From: Isurus oxyrinchus
Lineage: Eukaryota
Length of the DNA: 64,000 nucleotides
Assembly: GCA_026770705.1 (NCBI GenBank)
Contig: JANJGN010000034.1
Coordinates: forward strand, 5,084,001 to 5,148,000
Direction: 5' to 3'
The translations under genes and the position numbers were made by a program. Below, piece after piece: positions 51,501 to 64,000 of this stretch. Below the pieces are notes generated by a model. It was given only the letters and a program-made list of their open reading frames with translations. It ran no database searches and was not told the origin of the DNA. Positions within the stretch are counted from its first letter, which is position 1, and each line of letters opens with the position of its first letter.

Positions 51501-53319
51501 CCGAATTATATTTACCTCTCATTGATTGTTGGCTTCCCAAGGGACTGCTTGTGAATGATAAACAACATAGTTAGAAGGAGATCAATTCAGGTCAGGGAAG
51601 AATGGTAAATGTTGGACTTTTGCAACCCATACAAGCAGACGGCTAAGAGATTACTCGGGGCATGTTATGGCTTCGCAAGCCAGAAAAGTTCGATGCTGCA
51701 ATGTCCCACGAAATCCGCTGCTGCCATTTAGTTTAAGTCATATTGGGGCTACAACGCATGAGCAACCTGGAATCCACGTTGGTCTATTGGATCAGCCTGT
51801 AAACCAGTTGATAGTCCAACTATCTAATGCCTGAGTTGTTACCATGGTCTAGGAATTTTGAGGCATTAACTCAAGCGGGAAGAAAAGAGAATCAAACGCA
51901 TGTTGCTTTATTCCCCAACATCTGCAGCAAAATTGACGTTCAGGGCAGCTTCAAGGTAAAAGAACAATCCGTCTTGAAAAGTATAGTTACCATCTTAACT
52001 TCGCAGGCAGTAGATAAGCGGACTATGAACTGGCTTTAACGTTGATCCAACATTGAATTATAGACAGATGTGGAGTCCAGGCTGCTCATCCGTTGAAGCC
52101 CCAGTTCGACTTAAACATTCACAAAATATAAACATTTTCAATTGTTTCAGGTCTAGATGTTCAGGGCATTGAGAGACGTATCCCGAGTAATTGAATAATT
52201 CCTAGGCCAACAATATCCGAAGCCTACAAACAACTTTTCAAATTCCCAGGAAATTAACTAATTGTACGTATGGAGGGGCTCAATACCTAGACGATCAATG
52301 CTCAATGCGTTCACATCGCATGCTCTGTCGAATCATGGGGGTTTGCCATCAGAAAAAAAAAGTAATGATACAATTCTATTGTTTTCATCAGCCAAACGGA
52401 GATAGAAATTATGGCATATTCTGGACATTGTGAAAGGAACACTTATTGAAGAATTACATGCGAAATCAAGCTGCATTTTAAAGCAATAGGCGTTAATTTA
52501 TGCAATGCTGCTCATGTACAAAAGCTCTTAAAATGCTTCTCAAACGGACTGTCAAATGGACCGATCCAAATGTAGTGAAATCCCGATTAAAAATCTACAG
52601 AATGAATTATTAGCCTCCATTATCATAAGCTACATGAAAATGGTACTTTTAGCGTTCATCTTAAAGGAGGAGAGGAACAGGGAGCTGTGAAGGTCAGAAA
52701 GCTATTTGAAGAGTAAGGAGCCCGAATGCACGTCTGCCATTGTCCAGATGGTTTTAATTTGGGTTGCTCAAACATCAGAATTGGATGAAGATGGAACCCT
52801 GGAAGGGTTCTATGCTTGGACATATTATAGATATAGAGTAGGGACGAGGCTATGAATTTACAATTCTGCAAATGTATAAGTGAACCATCCCCTCAATGTT
52901 GGTAACATTGATCAATGAGCGAAGCGTTGTTTAATCAAAGTAACTCTTTTGTGGGCAATTGAAATTGAAAGGACATTTTTACCTAAATCTATGGAATTGG
53001 AAAGCATAGAGGGTTTGCTGCAATGGTTCAATTGTTCTGCAGTAGATAATTTGAGGCATGATCAGGAATGAACAAGGTTGCAGAGCAGGAAAAATATGGA
53101 CTTATGCAAACGTAATTTTTTTGTAAGATCTTACCGGATGTTGAAAAAGTAACAAGGTTTCGAATCACTTGGTTCAACTTCAGACATTTGCCATATTGAG
53201 AAGTTTACCTGATGCTGCCGAGAACAATGTGTTACTGAGACAGAGGTTGTGAATTTGGCTGTCTGAAAACACAATGGTAAGCAAATACTGCTGTGGAATT
53301 GTATCAGCGGTCACACCCG

Positions 53320-53488
53320 GTCGATTAACTACCTCAGGTCCAGTCAGTGGTCAGGGTCAGCAGGGTGTGACAGCTTTTGAGGCAGGTAGTGGGATCCTGT
53401 GTTCAGGAACAGAGGAGACACAGCTCATGAACTTGTCCAACAGGTACAAGGTATTTGGTCCCTGTGTGGAAGAGGAAGAGAACTGTTC
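53320..53488 (+). mobile_element. CR1 ORF1 5' fragment
   Basis: ctgtgttcaggaacagaggag...ttgtccaacaggtacaaggta (LSNRYKV) matches about 28612-28700. Confidence 0.65.
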
Positions 53489-53489
53489 T

Positions 53490-53624
53490 GTTCTTTTGAA
53501 CGGTCACGAGGACACGAACCATCAATTATTTTCTTCTCCGCCGATGGTGCCACACCTGCTTAGTTTTTCCAGGTAATTCTGTTTTTGTTTTGGATTTCCA
53601 GCATCTGCACTTTTTCTGTTTTTA
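53490..53624 (+). mobile_element. Short repeat (probable Penelope-like terminal fragment), inverted relative to 54845-54979
   Basis: ttcttctccgccgatggtgccacacctgcttagtttttccaggtaattctgtttttgttttggatttccagc is nearly the reverse complement of 54865-54940. Confidence 0.75.
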
Positions 53625-54649
53625 TCTCAGGTTTTACATGGACCTGTTGATTGGAAAACATGACAAAATACAGGAAAGGACGTTTGACAGCTAAGCCAGA
53701 ATATCACTGCAATTTGAGGTATGCCTACACAGCATCTTCTGGAGTAGATTACCATTAGCGGATAGCTTTGCAGTTGATATGTAAGAATGGAAACAGGCAC
53801 ATGTTGTTGCATGAACGTGCACTACAGTGTACGGCAGTGATTGAGACAGCCTGTAGGGGAATGGAATATTAAACCCATTCAACATTGGGCGAGAAATAAG
53901 AGAATAAGCTTTTCAGTTACAAATAAATATCACACTTTTCACTTCTTTCATTTCTGTGGCGGGTGGGAAGCGTTGGTGCGAGTGTGGAGAAAAGTAATAG
54001 AAGATGTTGAAAATGAATGGAAAGAAAAATAAGTGGATAATATTTGGAAGAAGAAAAACACATGCAAAAAGCTGGCACCGAAATAGAATATCGTTACGGG
54101 ATTATAAATCAACAAGCTGATGTGACACTTTTTTACGTTGTTAATATGTTTATCTTGATACAGTACCTAAGATGCGAGAATTAAAAAATGACTGAAAGTC
54201 CTGAACACTGATTATCAGCAACTTTTCATGTAAGGTCGACGGAGCAGGTTCTGCGCCTCCTCCATCAAGATTGATTGCTACAAAATTATATAATCACATT
54301 CCAATCTTCCTCATACCCAGTGAGTGTAATTGGTAAAGTGGTAAGCAAGAGTTAAAAAATCAGTTTCTAATCATCTGAAACAATGCTGTGGGCATACCCT
54401 GTGCTGATTATTATTATTTTTTAGCATTGCTGGACTCTGGTTTGCTCTTGTAGCCATATGATTGGTACGCTTCTCCAGGTGAATTTCTGGCCATTGCAAA
54501 GCCCCAGGATGTTGACATGACTTGAGATGATCTGGCAGTGTGACATACTTGAGTCTTCCATTTGGAATTTCAATATGGCGCTATGTTATTTATTCATAAG
54601 GAATATACTTTCTTCAGAATATTTATGCCTTCCCCATTCTGCCCCATGG

Positions 54650-54670
54650 AACTGGATAAGAGCCAGCACG
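54650..54670 (+). pseudogene. Heptad micro-exon (E)LDKSQH with a mutated acceptor (GG) and an intact GTAAGT donor
   Basis: gaatatttatgccttccccattctgccccatgg|AACTGGATAAGAGCCAGCACG|gtaagt. Confidence 0.7.
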
Positions 54671-54844
54671 GTAAGTCAATAAAACCTGCATCCCTATGAG
54701 GAAGTCTACAAAATTGTGCGTTGGTGGTCAGGTCGAATATTGCAGAAAACTCAACGAGATGGCTAAGAATCACTGTAACTCAAAATGACGAATCTCATCC
54801 TTCGTTTCTCAAGAAACTATACGTGGCCAGCTATAACTGATGTT

Positions 54845-54979
54845 TAAAACAAAAAAACTGCGGACGCTGGAAATCCAAAACAAAAACAGAATTACCTGGA
54901 AAAACTCAGCAGGTCTGGCAGCAACGGCGGAGAAGAAAAGAGTTGACGTTTAAAGTCCTCATGACCCTTCGACAGAACT
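54845..54979 (-). mobile_element. Young short repeat (probable Penelope-like terminal fragment) with a TSD-like flank
   Basis: taaaacaaaaaaactgcggacgctggaaatcc...gacccttcgacagaac. Flanks are taactgatgtt and taacagatgat. Absent from the paralogous site near 47020. Confidence 0.75.
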
Positions 54980-55134
54980 AACAGATGATTGTCTGCTTTA
55001 TGACCATCGTACATAAGGATTGATTTCGCTGAGGATTATGTTTGTGTTTCTTTGTGTGCATGTGTTGATGTGTTTGAGTCTGTGTGTGCGTTTGGGTATG
55101 TGTGCATTTGGTCATAATATAAGAGCCTGTGTGA

Positions 55135-56560
55135 TAGAAATATGGAAAATAGGAGATGCGGTATGTCATTTGGCCTTCGGCACTTGCATTCAATATGATC
55201 ATGACTGATCTTCTATCACTATGCCATAATCCTGCTCTCTACCCGTTGCCCTGAACGTCATTAGCGCCTGCTAATCCATTAATTTCCACTTAAATGAATA
55301 CAATGACTTAAGCTCCAGAGCTTTGAACGGTAGAGCATTACAGAGGCTCACCACACATTGAAGGAAGGGGTTTCGCCACAATCTTAGTCCCAAATGACTG
55401 ATTCCATCTATTCCGAATGAAATGACCTGTAATTGTTTTCCCCAAACCCCACCAGCCTCACACCCAAACCACCCCCCCACCCCCCCCCCCCTACCCCCAA
55501 CCGTTCCACCCATGCGAGGGGAACAATCATTCCTGTGTCCAGTTTGTCCTGCCCTGATGGAATGTTTTACGTTTCAGTTACATCCGGTCTCATTGTTCTA
55601 AACTCCATTCAATATATCTCTGCTCAAATCATTTTCTCCCCATCCAGCAATCCTGCTATCCCCATTGCTCCCATGGCAAACCTTCAAACTCCCTCTATGA
55701 AATGCTTTTCTTTTCTTCAACAAGATGGTCAAAATTTCAAACACATACTATAAAACTGACATGTGCAGCCGTAGTGTGATGTCCTTTGCTCCTGCACTCA
55801 AATCCTCTTGCAACTATGGACAGCATCCAATTTGACTCCTTAACGGATTGCTACACCTGCATATTTGCTGTCATGGGCTTGTGTACATGGTGAACCTGTT
55901 GCCTTTCTGTACCAACATTTCGCAATGTATCACCTTTTAAATCATACTCTTCCATTCTCCTTTTTCAGCCGAACTGGAAAAGTTCACAAATATCCACGAG
56001 CGAGTGCAACTGTGATATTTTTGCCCAGTTACTCAGCCTGTCTAACTCATCCTGAAGCCTCCTTGCATCCTTTTCAAAACTCAAATACCCAACTTCATTT
56101 GTGTCATCAGCGAACTTGGAAATGTTACATTGTTTTCCCTCAGCTGATTAATTATATTGTGAAAACCTGAGGCCAAATCACTTATCCCTGTGGTGCTGCA
56201 CTCATTACCGCGTGCCACTCCTGAAAAAAAATAAAATAAAGCATTTACCCTTAGCGTGCACTTCCTATCGCTTCAACAGTTATCAATTTATTCCAATTTA
56301 TTGCCACCAATTCGGCGTGCTTTATTTTTGTACTATAACCTCTTTTGTAGGGCTACAGCAAACGTTTTCTGAGAATCCAATGTACCATGTTCACTTGCCC
56401 ATCATTTCTCCTATTACGTCCTCAAGAAGGTGTTGCGTGATTGGCAAAAAATAATTTCCCTTTCAAAATTCCATTTCGATCTTTTCTCATCACATTGACA
56501 TTTTGGAAGTGTCCTGTTGTCACATCATTTATAAATGACTCTAGTGTTTTCCGTAAAAGC
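55135..56560 (-). mobile_element. CR1 fragment carried in the duplicated cassette
   Basis: Colinear with 47138-48550 (gtcatcagcgaacttggaaatgttaca is antisense to CNISKFADD). Confidence 0.8.
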
Positions 56561-59500
56561 AGAGGTAGGTGAACCAGTCTGCAATGGAAACACCAGCCAG
56601 ATGGATGCTGGATCTAAGCTTTTTGAGCCAATATCTGTTCTCAATATACACCTGAATTCATCCTTAACGAACGATGTCCCCTATCTCCTTTTTCCCTTTT
56701 TGCCTATAATTCCAAAATATCGTATCACATTGGATACCAAGTTTCCAGATGTAATCATTCTGCAGTCATTTCTCTGTAATCACAGTCATTCCATCACTGT
56801 ATTTGTGTGCGTGATTGTACTTGTGTTTCAGTTTGTGTTTGTGCCCATCTGTGAAAATGCCCCTTTGGAGTAATGTGAGTGGGGGATTAAAGTGAAGGAG
56901 CCAGAGAGAGAGCGAGAAATAAGGAGAGAGACAGAGAGAGGGACAGAGACAGGGAGAAGGAGACAGGGATACAGCCAGGGAGACAAATCAAATGGAAGAA
57001 CGAAACATGCAGAAACGGAGAGATTGTAGTCCAGGATTTCAGTGGCCGAGGCACATAGCTTTGTATCTCACTTCAAAACTCACCTACGTCAGTCGCTTTC
57101 TTTTGGCAGTTACGAATTTGAACACTGTTGTTTTGAATATCCGATTTTCATCTGTCCTGTTATTTCCAGAGCTGGTTTGAATTCAAATGAGCAATGTTAG
57201 CATTCCACAAAGCATTTCGGACGCTTTGCAACATTGATGATGCCTGTAAGAACACCGCATTTATGCTGCTGTTATTGAATAACAATTCTATAAATTACAC
57301 TATATCCACCTTAGCCAAGTCCCAGCAATATTCCATATGTATTAAAGTACTCATATGGGGCAAAATACTATAATCGTAAAACTGGCATGGGGATAGTCTA
57401 CACATTCCAGGCCTCCTTATTTCTATCGCCCTCCTAGTTGCTTTTAACAGTTTTTAGGTCACTTTACAATGAAGGAATGCACCTCCATAGCATTTAATTT
57501 ATCACACCTCGCGACATGGAGGTCTTTTCTGTGTGCTCCATAAACAGCGCGTTTGTCCTGTCCCTGGTCAAAGTTAAATCCAAGATTAAATTTTGCTGTT
57601 ATTGTGCTCGGATAATTGTTCAGGTGAAAATGGAATTAGTGAACACAATGTACTAGCTGTATTTACCAGCCCACTCACCGGCCCCAGTTCTTAAAAAATG
57701 CAATGAAAATAAAAGGCTTGCAACTCTTTCACAAATTCTGAGATTCTAATTGATTGTAGTGACGGGTCTTGCTGCAAAATCCAAAGATGCCTCTGTGGAG
57801 AAAGGGTCTGAACAGCGGAGGCCAACATTTCTTTACGGCTGATTAGAAATTGTCAGCCAATACTGATGGTCGTCGCTGGAGCAACAATTATAATTCATGA
57901 TCGATCTCACTTTCATCGTAGGGGAAGCGAAAGAGTGAATCATTTGCCGATATAGATATCGACTTTGAGGCAGATACATATATTTACTTTGACGGACAGT
58001 CAGTAACAAATATAAAAACACATGTCAACAGAAACGTGGGACAGCAAAGATGGATTGGAAGGGAGTGGATTAGGACATCACAGAAATGCTTCTACGTTGT
58101 TAAGCAGAGATACAAACGAAATCATGCATGCATTTAGGGACAGATATATGTCGAGAGACAGAGAGAGAAAGGCAGAGGGAGAGAGTGAGCGAAGGAGAGA
58201 TTGCTTGCTGAAAGGTAGATCGGAATAATGTTCAGTGGTTTCTCTTTTGCCTCTTAAAACTGGAAAACGACAGAGATGGTAAGGCTGCACCAAAAAAGAA
58301 ATCCCCTGAATGTTGGAGTGACATTTTGAGGTACTGTATGTTGGTTTTAAATTCCTTAATATCAGAAATTTTGGCAAGAGCTCTATGGACAGCTAAACAT
58401 CCGAACTGCCATTTAAACACGTTTCCGTGAGGGTTTTCTGCAACATTTTTTGCGGATGTTTGCTCATTACTATTTGTTTATCACTATTACTGTGCTGTGT
58501 GACATGCCCGTTTGTATTCGGAATTTGTCACAACGTTATTTGTGTTTCTATTGTGTCCAACAGCAATTATATAATGCACAGAAAGAAAGGATTTTTGGAA
58601 AAAAATCTGTTGTTATACTTGAATCCTGGGGAGACTGGTCAAGTGCTTGAATGCTCCACTGAACTTCTGTCGCTGTTATAAATGCAAAGTGGCTGCTCAC
58701 TTATCAGTCATTGTGATCTCCTTCAGTGCAGATCAGCAGTCCCAAGGGCCATGAGCTATGTGCCAATGAAAATAGATTGATTGTGTTGTTTGGAAGGAAA
58801 AATGCCAAAAGTTCTGCTGGATATATTTATTTTTGTGCTTTAAAGAAAAATAATGTACTGATTTCCATTTACCTCTGTGTGAGTGCTGACATCCCAAGTA
58901 ACTGCTCTCGGATAACAAACATGATAGTTAAGAGGAGGTCAGTGAACAACAGGGAAGATTGGAAAAGGTTGGGTTTTTTAGACTGATGAATCATAAGTCA
59001 TTGTGATTAGATGCGAAACATTTTCGTTTTACAAGCCAGAAACGATTTATGTTGCAATGCCAAAAAAAATATGCTCATGCCACTTGCCATTTCTCGAGTT
59101 GGTGATTCATTTGTTGAGCAGTCTGGACCCCACATCTATCTTACTTCAGCTGTTGAATCAGCCTGTAAGCCAGTTGTTGGACCCGTTTCTAGTTGCTGAG
59201 TAGTTACCATGGTAAATGTATTTTGAGGCATCAAGTCAAGACAACGTGAACAACTGGGAAACAAATGCAGGCTGCTTTATTCCCCAACATCAGTCACAAC
59301 ATCGACGTTTAGGGCGGAGCCAGGCAAATAGAAATATCAGGCATTTTTTTTTCTCCCTCTTCATTATCCAACCTTTAATGCCTTGAAGTTCTGGGCACTA
59401 AGATAGATCTTCCGAACAGTTGAATAACTCCTAGGTCAATGCTTTCTGAAGCCGACTAACTACTAATCAATTTCCCAGGAAATGAACGAAGTGTGCGTAG

Positions 59501-62500
59501 ACAGGAAATCTGTGACTAGAAGATCAATACTTCAATGGGTTCACAGCGTATGCTCTGTCCAAAAATTTAGGTTTGACATCAGCAGTTGGTGATGTCCAGC
59601 TTTGAAATTAGGTTAAAATTTTATTCTGTTGAAAGGCCAAACAGAACTAAAAACAACGGTATTTTCAGACAAGTGTGAAAAATTATTGAAAAATCCCATG
59701 CAGAATGGAATTGCATTTTAAAGCTAAAAATATATATTTATGCAGTACTGCTAAGATCAGCTTTCTGAAAATGTTCCACAAACGGGTCATCAACTAGAAT
59801 TTCCCAAATGAACAAAAATCCCAAATGCAAATCTGCAGAAGGAAGTAGAAACCAGGATTATCACAAGCTTTGTGGAAGTGGTACTTTTTAATATTTATCA
59901 TAAAGGGGGATGAAGGACAGGTAGCTGCGGTGGTCAGAGAGCTAATTCCCAAGTTTGGAGCCTGAATGCACAGATGCCGTTGGTCAGGTGATGAAATGCA
60001 GGGCTGCTCAAAATTAATAATAGGAAAAACATTGAAGTATTGAAAGCTGGGAAATGTTGTAGATATTGATTAGGGGCGAGGCCATAAATTTACATGTACT
60101 GCAAATTCACAAGTGAAGCCATCCCTTAGTGGTGGCAGTATTTGTCAGTGAGCAATGTGGTTTTGGCAAGAGGAACTACTTAATGCCAATGGAAATTTTG
60201 TGACACGTTTAACGAATGTTTTGGAATTGGAAGGCATAGAGGTGTCACTGCCATGGTTGAACTGTTCAACAGAAGATAATTTGAGGCATGACCAAAACTG
60301 GGCAAAACTGCAGAGGTGGAAACATTAGATCCTCTGCGTATATAATTCGTTGTAACATCTTATCGGAGGTAGAAAAAAGTAACAAGCTTGTGGATAACCT
60401 GGTTCACATTCATATTCAGGGATGCACTAGATGCTTGGCGGGAATAATTTGTTACTGAGCCAGAAGCTTCTCACAATGGTCTTCCTGATAAACAAGCTAA
60501 ACAAATGTTGTTGCAATTTTTTCTTACGCCAATGGAGAAGCCTGTAATGACAGGTAGTGCAGCATTTACGTGGTGCTGTGGATGTCAACCTTTCTGTGGT
60601 TTCTAAGGTTTTTTTTTTTAAACATGCTTCTGAGAGGCAGTGCGTAAATGAAAATAAAGAACAGACGAAGTGATGTAATTTGAGGTACCAGAGGTAAAGA
60701 TGCCTGAACTAAATAACATAAGCTCTCATTCGTGATGAATTAGTGGTGACAGCGTCGGAATCAACAGACGGATAGTGATCGCCCACTCTAAAATTCGTTA
60801 AATGAATTAATTATGCAAGACTTACAACATTTTTCTACATTTAGAAGACAAATTGAAAATTTCTAGTGTTGATAACCCTGTTCTATGGATGCTAGAGCTG
60901 CTCCCTGCTAATTCTTACGAGAAATTGACTCATATTGTGAGACAAGGCTGTTTGATATTTGGCTAGACAGAAGGAGTAACCTATTAATTTGTCTGATGGA
61001 AAATCGTAGAGCCTGCATCTGATCGACTTTAAGCTAAAGTAAAATAGCAAGTACTGAGCAAGTACAAACATTCAAAGAAGCTAGTTGGGCAACTAATTTC
61101 GAAAGCAAAAAGAAGCTAAATCATGGGAAAGGAAAAGTCAAGTTTTACAACGACTTGATGAGTGCACAATCTCAGAAAATGGACGAGAGATGTTTGAGAG
61201 TTTTAGGCAAAATAGCAGCGAATGTTGAGAAATGCTTACCTTGCCTCTTCTGGAGTACAAAAACATTATTGGATAGCTTTGGAATTGATAAGTAAAAATG
61301 GAAATAGGAAAATGTTGTTCTATGCACGTGTAGAGCAGTATTGCATGTGCACTGGAGGGAAAAGATTTGTTAATGCCACTCAAAATAGAATTTGGAGTAA
61401 GAGGTTATTTTAATCAGAAGGAAAAGTGACGCTTTCCACTTGTTTTATTTCCATGGCGGTTGAGGTCAATTTATAGAAGAGATTCAAAAGGAATGCAAAG
61501 AAAAACATGTTGTTATTAAGAGGAAGAATAAAACTCAATGCAAGATTCTTGCCACGACATAGAATTTCGATATGGGGTGATATTTAGAAAAGATGAAGAG
61601 CCATATATTTCCTTTTGTGTTGTTAAGATATTGATTTTGGAAAAGTAAATCAGATATGCACAATTCAAAACGAGTTAACATGCTGAATGTGGAATGTCAG
61701 CAATGCTGGATTAGGAACGACAGAGCAGGTGCTGCACCTCATAAATCAAAACTGAAAGCTTTATGTCAAATGTTATTGATATGTATTATTTGGAGATGAA
61801 ATTTTGAGGGAAGATAGCGTTTCTACGTTTTTGCAGCGACTGCTAATTCACTTGCCATTTTTTCCACGTTCTTCCAGGTTACATATCTCGTGTGTGCTGA
61901 TATATTTTTGCCCTTACTTTGAAGTGCTTATCTATATTTGCAACAACCAACGTATTTTTAGAAGCAATCTGTAATGTGCTGAATTTTCCCAGGATGCATT
62001 ACAGAACCTATATGAAACAGAAGTTGTGATCAATAGAACGAAATAATATTAGTAAAAATTATAATAATCCTTGAAAAACCTATTCTTTTCACCGCGTTAT
62101 ACTTGGAAATACTTTACATTTTCGAACAGGTTCAGGGAAGGAATACAAGAGTATTTTTTTAAAGAAACACATAACACAAGACCAATGTAGCTAAGCACTT
62201 CAAAATATTGGCAGAAGAATCTCTGCACCCACGAGATATTTAATCTGAACGAAAGTGATTAAAAGGCCACAAATTAAGAGAGTTTTGCTTTCTTCTTTCA
62301 ACATTCTGTGGTTTAATAACTGTTGAAGACTTTGTGAAATTTATATGTTTATGCACCTTTTCACTGGCGCTATCGCGTTGCTGAAAATGGGCCACCTACC
62401 ATCGGAAAATGCCTCTAAATGATTCGTTTGACAAGTTATACTGGAATTTCTCAAAACAACTGAAAAGAGATTTTGTTAGCATTTGGCTAACTTAATACGC

Positions 62501-62519
62501 TTGAGAAATATAATTTGGG

Positions 62520-64000
62520 CATGAAAGCATAAGAACACAAAATAAAGGAGAACGAGTAGCTGACACCACCTATCGAGCTTGCTTCGGCATTCAATGGGAT
62601 TATGGCTGATGTTTGTCTTCAGATGCATTATAGTGCCGCTCAACACATCCCTTCATGCTGTGACAGAAGAAAAATCTGTTTATCCTACCCTTAAATTTAT
62701 TCAACGATGGATAAGCTACAACAAATTGAGGAAGAGAAATCTTCAGACACACATCCATAGTGTAAAGAAATGTATTGTCATGTCAGCCCTAAATGATGGG
62801 GTCATTAGACTGAGACTGACATGCAGTGTAAGTTTCCCCGACCAATGGAAACACTATGTCAGTTATCCCCCTATCAAGACAAATGATAATTGAATAGCTT
62901 TCAGCGAAATCGCCTTTTATCATTCTAAACTTCAGAGGCATAAAGCCAAAAGATATTTAGCCACCAACACAAACATATCAGAGACCAATTTAGTTAACCT
63001 TCACTGTGCCACCTGAAAAGCAGTGTATCATTTCTTAAGTGCGGTGACGAACATTGCTTGAATTCCAGATGCCCCCTCACTAAACACTGTACAACTGCCG
63101 AAAGACTTATATAATCTTGCACTCTAAACACATTTGCAATAAAGGACAGCATGTAATCTGCCATCCTGCTTACTTGTTGCACCTGCATGCTAACTTTCAG
63201 TGTCCCTTGTGTCAGTACACTCAGTTCTCTTTGAACATCAACTAGTTACTCACCTTTCAAAAAATATATATATTCTGCATTTTTAGTCTTACAGACAAAG
63301 TGAATAAATTCATGTTTCTCTGTATGACTGCATTTGCCATCATTTTGCCCACTCGACTCGCCTTAAAATTCCAAACACTTTCCTATACTCAGCCAACTTA
63401 GATACATTTTTCTCTGCTTCTTTATCAAAATCAATGCTATACAGTGCAAAAAGCTGACACCCCTCACCTGTTCCTTGCAGGCCTAAATTATTTGGTGCAT
63501 GTCAACTTCGAAATTAAGGCACTGTTTACGCTCAGTCTGTTTTCAATCCATTAACCAATCTGCTATCATTGCCGATATATTAGAGCAACTCCATTTGCCC
63601 CTAATTTGCACGTTATCCTTTCATGTCTCACCCTTTCATATGTCTTATGTAAGTTCACGTAGAAAAATTCTAATTTCCTCGCTTTTACGTAAAACTAGTT
63701 ACATCTAAAAATAAAACTATAATTGTTTGATGAATCAGAATTTTACTTTTCTCAAACAATAATGGTTTGTTCCTGATATTATGCTTCCCCAAATACATTT
63801 GTTGGGATATCCTCAAAATTAGTTTGCAACGTTCTCCAAGTACTGGTGTTAGGCTAAGTGCCCTAAAGTTCAGCGCTTTTTTTCCCCCCTCGATACTGCC
63901 TTTCTTGACATGTGCTGCAACAATTGCCATTTTGCAATCAGGTGGCATTGATTGCTAAATTTCGGTAACTTTCTGAATGTGACAGATAACACATTATTTC
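62520..64000 (-). mobile_element. Old CR1 fragment running off the window
   Basis: aagcataagaac tail; ORF 63685-63948(-) PPDCKMAIVAAHVKKG...NFRALSLT. Confidence 0.75.

Larger units (their letters stand above)
46560..61800 (+). repeat. Diverged tandem segmental duplication, two units of about 7-8 kb (about 46.6-54.4 kb and 54.4-61.8 kb)
   Basis: Colinear anchors: 46839/54650 (exon relic); about 49810/57840 ggctgattagaaattg; about 51300/58650 tgctccac.gaacttctgtcgctg; about 53045/60275 gataatttgaggcatga; about 54085/61560 tagaat.tcg.ta.ggg. Confidence 0.85.

Noticed and set aside
48550-61800. Searched by eye the non-TE duplicated sequence for Ig, TM or B30.2/PRY-SPRY exons; shared short ORF text such as VLECSTELLSL at about 51292 and 58643
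   Set aside because: No recognisable domain motifs, and reading frames are not conserved between the two duplicates; the similarity reflects DNA duplication only

Overview
This is eukaryotic, TE-rich, AT-rich DNA with the repeat signature of a shark or other elasmobranch: CR1 LINEs, a second LINE family with an FADDCT-type RT, and Penelope-like fragments. None of the supplied ORFs is a real host gene; they are decayed retroelement fragments, microsatellites or noise. The hidden signal is on the + strand: a long array of 21-nt, phase-1/phase-1 micro-exons (yyyCAG|21 nt|GT). Each encodes one coiled-coil heptad (DLKKCKN, EMKKYEE, DLAHCQR, EFKKTEE, DLTKCQT, DVQKNDQ, KLTQTKD, ELSECQE, GLKKCQE). 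Position 2 is always hydrophobic and position 5 is often Cys. Each exon sits in a duplicated intron-exon cassette with a shared branch-point motif and usually a downstream GA tract. About 10 canonical exons lie in 784-24037. They are interspersed with stop-bearing variants and a donor-less, terminal-like exon followed by two AATAAA signals. Further cassette copies at about 35.2, 46.8 and 54.7 kb (the last two in a ~7-8 kb tandem duplication) have dead splice sites. The architecture resembles the heptad-exon tails of chicken BG and butyrophilin-family genes, but no Ig, TM or B30.2 exon was recognised, so the gene's identity is unproven. TE boundaries are approximate, read by eye.
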